64,000 nt of DNA, from contig OZ251224.1 of NCBI GenBank assembly GCA_965240325.2, forward strand, positions 434,001-498,000. The letters are read 5' to 3'. Under the pieces are notes generated by a model that was given only the letters and a program-made list of their open reading frames with translations, did not search any database and was not told the DNA's origin. Shown here piece by piece: positions 56,314 through 64,000 of this stretch. Each line of letters opens with the position of its first letter. Position 1 is the first letter of the stretch. The stretch comes from Rebecca billardiae RCC1528. Taxonomy: Eukaryota; Protista; Haptophyta. The position numbers were made by a program, and so were the translations under genes.

Positions 56314-59300
56314 TTACCTGTATGAGCTCCTGGGGAATGGGTAAAACAGGGTCAAACTCCCCACGACCGCGCTGCCGACGCGCCGCCCAAACGTCTCCTC
56401 CGTGGCGATGTGCTGCGCAGCGCCGGGCGCGGCGCCGTCGAGCGCCTGCGCGCGCTCGCGCACCTCGCCATCGAGCTTCGCCAGCTGCTCGGGCGTCAGC
56501 TTCGCCGCCACGTCGCCCTGCGCGAGCGTCACGCCGCCCGCGTGCATCGCGCGCTTGTTCGTCCGCTGATGCAGATACATGAGCACCTCGGGCGCGCGCG
56601 CGAGCTGCACGTTGGGCGACGTGAGGCGGATGCGCTTGTAGTGGCCGAAGGAGACGTGACGGCGCTTGCGCGCGCCATAACGGTCGCTGCCGAGGCAGCC
56701 GGGCGGCGGCGGCACGTCGTCCGGATCCCCGTCCGACGCCTCGTCGTCGTCGGCGTGCCCTCCGGTCGACGCCCAAAGCAGCGCCGCGTCGTCATCGTCG
56801 GCCGCGCCCTCGGCGCCGCGCTCGGGCTCGCGCACGTCGGGCTCGCGCCAGCCGCCGAGGCCGTACCGGTACCACGCGGTGAGCACGGCCGTATCCGCCG
56901 TGCCGTCGTACGCGCCCGTCGCCGGCTCGCCCACCGCGCTGAAGGGCGCCGGTCGCGGCGGGCGGCGCTGCGCCTCGGCCGCCGCCGCCTCGGCGCGCGA
57001 GACCACCGTGCCGAGCGTCTGGTGACGAAGCGCGTTGTGCGCGAGCAGCGCCTGCGGGTCGGGCTCGACGCCCGACTCGAGCACGCCCTCGAACGCGAAG
57101 GGCACGCCGTCGCCGCTCGGTCGCGGCGGTGGCGGCGCCGCCGGGTCGACCGCCTCCGCCTCCGCCTCGGCGAGCGTCGCGTCCTCATAGTCCGCGATCG
57201 GCAGGCCGCTCGCGGCGAGCTGGTCGCCGAGCGCGCCCTCGGCCGGCGGGAACGGGTCTCGTAGGTTGCGCAGCAGCTCGCGCTCGAGGCACACGAGCAT
57301 GTCGCGCACGAGCGGGTGCGTGCGCTTGAGCTCGTCCAGCGCGGCGCGCAGCCGGCGATCTCGATCGGTGCACGGCATGCCCTCGCGACGCGAGGCCAGG
57401 ATGACGTCCGACCAGCCCGCAAAGTCAGCGGGCAGCAGCAACCCGCCGCCGCCCATCGAGTCGTAGCCGTTGCCCATCCTGCCCGCGTAGCCTCGAAAGA
57501 GCGCGGACTCCATCTTCAGCACGGACAGCGCGAGCCGCTCCTCGACGGTGAGCGCAGCGAGGGCGGGCGGCAGCGGCACGCCCAGGCCGGTGGGCTTGAG
57601 CTCGCCCTCGATCGAGGTGAAGCCGTCGCACAGGTCGACGCGCGACGTCGACGTCGTGTGCACCGCAAACGGCTCGGTCGGCAGCTTGGTCGCCTGCGCG
57701 CACGGCGTGCACGACCACGCGGTGTGGTACTGCCGCCGCGAACGGCGCGTGTCGTAGCTGTTCTGCAGAAGCATGCGCGCTGCGTACGCGCGCTCCTTGC
57801 CCTCCGCCTCCTCGTCCGGCGCAAAGTTGAAGAGGTCGGCCGCGACCATGGTGTGCTCGCGCTCGAGCTCGCGGATGAACGGCTGGTACACGCGGTACGC
57901 GCGCAGCGACTCGAGCGAGGTGGCGCCGACGACGGTGACGCGCCTGGCCTCCTTCGCGTACATCATCGTGCCGCAGCTGAAGCACACGCGGCACGGCCGA
58001 TCGTCGTACATCGCGAGCGTCTCCGCGAGCGCCCCCCACTGCTTCTCGTCGAGGTCGAGCTGCATGCTCCCGCCGAGCTGCTCGCGCTCGGCGGCGAGCG
58101 CGCGCACGGTGGAGAGGTGCTCGAGGCCCGACCCCACCGCCGCGTAGTACGCCGCGTGCGCCGAGCGGCGCCGCACCGCGTAGAGCGACTGGTCGCCGAT
58201 CGCGTACGTCGTCACGATCACCTCGGGCGCGAGGTTGAACAGGTCCGCGTCGGCGGCCGTGCTGTCGGGTGGCAGCTCGCGCATCGTCGTCCGTCCGGCG
58301 CCGTCGTGCGAGACGTGAACGAGACGCAGCGGAGGCCCCGCGCTCGCGTTGGCCGCGTCGCCCCCTCCCGCCGCCGCGACCGCCGCCGAGAGCTCCGCCA
58401 CGATCGCGCCGATGGTAGTGTCGGCCGTCACGTCCGCGACCGTGATCGCCTCGCGCGGCGCGGGCGGCGCGAGGAACTGATCGGCGTGGACGCACGCCTC
58501 GCACGCCGAGCACACCTCGAGCGCGGCCGTGGCGCACGACGCGTTCTCGCCGCGTCCGTGCGCGCCACTCGCGCCAGCGCGCCCCGAGCCGCCGCCGTCG
58601 CCGCCGACCGTCGGCACGCCGCAGTCGCCCGTCGCAGTGCGGTCGCTCGCGTCACCGCCGACTCCGCCGCCGCCTGCTGCCGCGCCCGGCCCCGCGCCGC
58701 TGGCGCCGCCGGCTGCCCCTGCTCCGCGGCCCTCCGCGCCGCAGCTGCGCGGCTCGGAGCCGTCGCTCGAGTTCCCGCCGCCTCCGCCGCCGCCCGCGGC
58801 CGCGCCCGCGCCGCCGGCCGCCGCCGCGTTGCAGCGCGCCGCGCCCCCAACGCCCATCGCAGACCCGTCACCCGAGTCGTCGTCGCCGTCTCCGCCGCCG
58901 CCCGCGGCCGCGCCGGTCGCGCTCGCGCTCACGGCGGGGCCGACGCGCAAAAGGCACCGGCGCGCGCAGCACGTGCAGTCACCGATCGTGTCGGCCGTGC
59001 ACGCCGACAGGATGATCTGCTCCTGGACCACGGTGAACGGAAACTCGTACGGAATGGTCGCGCGCTGCCTGCGACGATCGATGCGCGCGCCTGGCGCGTA
59101 GTGCGCGCCCGGCTCGAGCGGCGTCCACACGCCGTGCAGGAGGCGCGTGCGCGGGCGCGAGTAGTCGACTCGATCGACGGCCTCGGGGGGCTGCGCCGTG
59201 TCGAACTCGACGCGCAGCAGCCGCAGCGCCTCCGCCCGGTGCGCCTCGGGCATCCCGGCCGTGGCCGCGCGCAGCGCGGCAGTCGCGCTCGGCAGCTCGC

Positions 59301-62300
59301 CCGTCTCGGCCTCACACAGCCGCGCGCGCTCGGCAGGATCGGCGCAGCGTCGGACGAGCTCGCGCAGCTCGTCGTCTGCGTCGGCGGGGAAGAGCGTCGC
59401 GAGCAGCCGCGGCTCGAGCCTGTCCACGACCTCCCGCAGCCGCAGCAGCCGCTCCTTGCACGCCCTCGGCGTCTTCCCCTCGAATGCGGGCCACGCGCGC
59501 TGCGGTGTCGCGTGCAGCACGTGAGCTTACTGCGTCTGCAGCAGGCCGATGTCCTGCTCGATCGTCCACGACGAGTCGTTCTGCGTGTAGAATCGCAAGA
59601 CGCGCTGGTCGTGCATGGTGCGCAGCGCGGCGTGCAAGCGCCCGAACGCGCGCTCGGGCGAGTCCTCCGGCGAGAGCTCGCCCTGCGGCCCGGTGCCCGG
59701 CTGCCGCTCTCCCTGCGCGCCGCGCGCCGCCTGCGCGCCGCGCGCCGCGTGGGCGCCGCCGCCCTCACAGCCGGTGGGCAACGAGGCCTCGGCCGTGTCG
59801 CCGAGCTGCGCGGCGGCGGGGCTGGTGGGGTCGACGTCCATGTCGGTCACGGACGGCTCCACCACGTGCGCGCGCGGCGCCGCCTCGCCCGCGTCGGTGC
59901 CGCACGGCGAGCCGCCCGAGAGCGTGCTGAGCGGCCAGACGCAGGCGTGCGCGCGCGGCGCGTGCGCGCGCAAAATGTCCTGCAGCTGGCGCGCGCACTG
60001 CGCGAGCGCAGGCTTCGACGCCTGCCGATGACGCTGCGACATGCTCTTGGCGGAGCGGCCGTCGAATTGCATGAAGAGCACGGCGAGTGCGTCGTCGACC
60101 GGCAGGCACAGTTCGCTCGCGTGCTCGTCGAGCACGGCGAGCAGCCGCGCGCGGCCCTTGGCCCCAAGCGCGCTTTCCAGCGCCGCCGGCCACGCGCGCG
60201 CCTCGCGCGGCGCGCCGCATGCGCCTGGCGCGCTCGCCACCGAGTCGGTGGCGCGCGGCCGCTTGCCGGCGGCTGGGCGGCGAAGCCGCTCGATGCCCAC
60301 AGCTTGTAGGCGCTCGAGCGCGTCGGCGCACTCGCCGCGCAGCAGGTTGTGCAGCGTCCAGCGATGCGAGTAGCACTGCTGGGGCTTGAGGTCGGCGAGG
60401 AGCGCGTGGTTGCCCGGCGGCGCGCCAGCCACGCCCGTCTCCAACACCGCGAGGCTCTGCTCGAGCGAGAAGAGCTGGGACTGCGAGCGCGAGCTGATGA
60501 GCGCGCACACGCGCGCATGCGCCTGGGCGCCGAGGACCTCCAGCAGCAACGTGGCCGGCGGCGGCGAGATGGCGCTCCCGTCAGCCTCCGTCTGCGTGGT
60601 GGATGGACGCTGCGTCGTCGACTCCGATCGCGTCAGGTGGGGCGCGCGGTGGTCGACGGCTGCGGCGCCATCGCGCGTGCTCGGGACACGGTGCGGGTCG
60701 GTCTGCGAAGCAGCCGTCGCGGCCGATGCGGATGGAGCAGCGCCACCGCGTGCGCTTGAAGCGCGGTGCGAGTCCAGGCGCGTAGCGGCGGCGGGTGCGT
60801 GCTCCGCCAGCAGCGCGCGCAGGCGGCGGCGATGCCTGCGGCACTGGTCGAGCGAGACATTGCTCAGCGCGGGATGCTGAGAGGTTGAGCTGTAAGTCAG
60901 CCCGCTCTCGAGCACGGCGAGGCTCTGCTTGGCCGAGAAGAGCGTGGACTCAGAGCGCGTCGTGATGACGCTGAGCACGTCAGCCAGCCCGTCCGCGCCC
61001 AGCACCGCGGCCAGCGATGCGCCATCTCCGCGCACGCGCGCGCTGAGCTGGCTGCTGCCGTCCGCGTGCGCGCCGGGGCGCGCCGCCAAACTTGGCGCCA
61101 AGGGCCCGCCCTGCCCGCCAGCTCCGCACGGTCGCGCCGTGTCCGCCTCACTCGCCGCACGATCACGATGCGGTGCGCCGCCGTGCGCGCACGGCACCGC
61201 GTACAGCATGTCCGCCGCCACGGGCGCTGGGCGGCCCACGCGCGCGGCGCAGCCTGCCGCAGAGCAGCAGCCCGAAGCTGCGCGCGAGGGCTGCCCGGCA
61301 GAGGTCGACGCGATGCGGTCGTGCGACGGCGGCAGCTGCGGCGGCGGCGTCGACGCCAGCTCGGCGCCGGCGATCGCACCCGGCGCGTACGCCATCGGCG
61401 TGTAGAAGTAGTCACCACCGGGCATGAGCATCTCCTCGTCGGCCATCAGCCGCGCGCGCCGCCGCTCCATGCAGACGATGCCGAGCGCGCCGCGCACCGC
61501 GCCCACGCGCCGACGGCCCAACTCCACACTCGCGCCAGCGGCGGTGCCGCGGATGCGCCAGAGCGGGCGTGCGCGCCGTTGGATGGCGCGCGCGGCCCGC
61601 TGGCGTCGTAGCCGCGCGTGAGCGACGGCGAACGCCACGTCTCGCCAGCCCGATTCCGCCTTCGAGGCGCGAGCGACAGCGGAGAGCGCTCGCAGCTCAG
61701 CCGCGGCTGGTGCCTCGAGCAGATGCGGTGGCGGCGCGCGGCCGTGCCGGAGCAGCCAAGCGCGCGCGACGGTCATCATCGCCACGTCGAGCAGCGCGAC
61801 GTCGTCGGTGGAGACGAGCGTGCGAGCGTCGGGCACGCGCAACGCCGAGCACGCGGCGCGCACGCTCGCGACCCACGCCTCGCGTCGTGCGCCCTCTGCC
61901 CCACCACCGTCCGCGAGCTCCACTGCTGCGCGCACGCCGTCGAGCGCGCGGCGCTGCTCGGCGGTCGCCTTGCGCATGATAGAAGCCTTGTTGAGGTTGG
62001 CTTGGCGCGGTGCGGCCGGACGCTCGCCCGCGCGTGCGTTGGGCGAGGCGCGTGACGGCCGGCTCCGAGATTTGGACCTGCTGCGGCCTCGCCGCCTGCG
62101 CGTGCGCTCCCGGCCGCCGCCACCAAAGATGCGCTGGCGCCCTTGCGCGAACACATGCCGGCCAGCTCCGCTTCGGCGGGCGCGTGCGCGCGCGCGCTCA
62201 CGTGCGCGCTGCGCTTGTGCCGCGCGCGCGCGTCGCCTCGCCAGGCGCGCCTCCGTCGCCAGCGCCCGATCGCGTGTGCGCGCGTCCGTGAGCGCGTGTT

Positions 62301-62979
62301 GCTGCTCGGCAACGGCACGCCGGCGTGCCACGTCCAGCGCGCGTTGCGCGCGTGCGAGAACGTGATGCATGTGCGCGGGCACGGCGCGTGTGACGCGCTC
62401 GAGCACAGCAATCTGGGTGCCCGTCTCGTCGGAAGCGTCGACACCCGGCAAATCGAGCCCGCGCGTCGCACGCGGCTGTCGCCTAGCGGGCACCGGGCGG
62501 GGACGGCCCTGCGCCTCGCGCAGCGCGCGCCAGACGCACGCACGAGCGTCGGGCATGTGCGCGGGCGTGCAGCGCAGCGCGCGTGTGAACATGGCGATGT
62601 GCGTCTCCGTCGCGTCGAGGGGGTCGACGCCCGCCATGTGCAGCCCGCGCGTCGCGAGCGGCTCCGTCGGCATCCCGGCCGATTCACGCCGGACCACGCC
62701 CCGTGCGAACGGAATTGCACGCTGGACCTCCTCTCGTGGGCCGTGCATCCACTCTGGGACGCAGGCCAACGTACGGCAAAGAGCTTCGAGGACAACCGCG
62801 GCCGGGCTCGGCGGCTTCGGCGGTTTTTCGGCCATCGCGGCCACCGCCGTTGCGCCGGCCAGAGCGGCGAGGGCCACACGTCTCGTCGTCAGCCAAAACT
62901 CGGAGTGGCCGCATGCACGCTTCGAACGACGGCACACCGATGTCGCGGACGCTCGTGGTCGGTTATCGAAACGGACCAC
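56314..62979 (-). mobile_element. Helitron/Helentron-like element, 3'-truncated, single in-frame stop at 59527-59529
   Basis: LPPALAALTVEERLAL, RRLRAALDELKRTHPLVRD, YGLGG, VSFGHYKRIRL..LAR, VVGS resemble the DUF6570/Helitron_like_N region; HUH and Pif1 motifs are absent. Confidence 0.65.
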
Positions 62980-63938
62980 CCCACAGTGTTGGGCTCGTAT
63001 GCTGTTGGCAATGGCATACCCCCGCCCCCTCTGGAGGCGGGCTGTCCACAGTGGAGTGGTGTCAAGACACTAGGTGTCTCGGTCAGTGGTTTGAGGTTGG
63101 GTGAGGGTGGTGGTTGGTTGGGGGCTGGCCAGGGTAGGGCTGGAGGCTTCGGCCGCCAGCCTGATCACCCGGAGCCCGTTATAAAGGGGAATATAAAAAT
63201 ACGATTGGCATATGCGAGTGAGTACTTCTCCACACATTCTTGTAGGTTGTCCTAGGAGGCCCGTTTGTATGAAAGTAATCCCCACGCCACATACAAAGAA
63301 TCGAGATCGCGCGCGCGAACATTGTCCTATTTGCCAATACGGTAGAGGAGTCGGGGGGGGAGCATCAGGTAAAAGTGTGTTTTGTGTGGGGGTCGACGCC
63401 CGCCATGTGCAGCCCGCGCGTCGCGAGCGGCTCCGTCGGCATCCCGGCCGATTCACGCCGGACCACGCCCCGTGCGAACGGAATTGCACGCTGGACCTCC
63501 TCTCGTGGGCCGTGCATCCACTCTGGGACGCAGGCCAACGTACGGCAAAGAGCTTCGAGGACAACCGCGGCCGGGCTCGGCGGCTTCGGCGGTTTTTCGG
63601 CCATCGCGGCCACCGCCGTTGCGCCGGCCAGAGCGGCGAGGGCCACACGTCTCGTCGTCAGCCAAAACTCGGAGTGGCCGCATGCACGCTTCGAACGACG
63701 GCACACCGATGTCGCGGACGCTCGTGGTCGGTTATCGAAACGGCAAGGCGATACGATTGGCATATGCGAGTGAGTACTTCTCCACACATTCTTGTAGGTT
63801 GTCCTAGGAGGCCCGTTTGTATGAAAGTAATCCCCACGCCACATACAAAGAATCGAGATCGCGCGCGCGAACATTGTCCTATTTGCCAATACGGTAGAGG
63901 AGTCGGGGGGGAGCATCAGGTAAAAGTGTGTTTTGTGT
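62619..63938 (+). repeat. Interleaved near-exact duplications: A 62619-62974 = 63388-63743; C 63199-63387 = 63751-63938
   Basis: Direct comparison; the C copies differ by one G in a G-run. Confidence 0.95.
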
Positions 63939-64000
63939 AACTACTGAGCTATATAGTCGTAGTCGTACATTAGTTGCCCGACGATCGGCTATGGCTCGCG

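Overview
Eukaryotic nuclear DNA, roughly 70%+ GC, gene-dense, with short GT-AG introns whose donors are mostly GTGCGC-like. Gene content (plastid CCB1 with a signal peptide, GSIII with an organelle presequence) and composition suggest a secondary-plastid alga, probably a haptophyte of the Pavlovales/Diacronema type (inference, not verified). About 20 ordinary genes are recognisable: GSIII, LMBR1-domain protein, ATP synthase subunit d, importin-9, ATG18/WIPI, CCB1, RUS, TLDc, GH18, an HPP transporter and a 2OG oxygenase, among others. They are interleaved with AT-richer, transposon-derived spacers. Highlights: (1) a receptor-like LRR gene (53.5-56.1 kb) built from tandemly duplicated intron+exon cassettes, one LRR per symmetric 72/75-nt exon with a variable face; (2) directly upstream, a truncated Helitron/Helentron-like element (56.3-64 kb) with a ~2,200-codon frame carrying Myb-like, ubiquitin-like and unrecognised repeated domains, whose fragments recur at 25.4 kb and 30.6 kb; (3) an STRM-1-like sterol 4-methyltransferase candidate; (4) a 308-bp-arm foldback, Tc1/mariner-like termini and a small MITE-like element. 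All family assignments come from motif recognition by eye; no database search was run.
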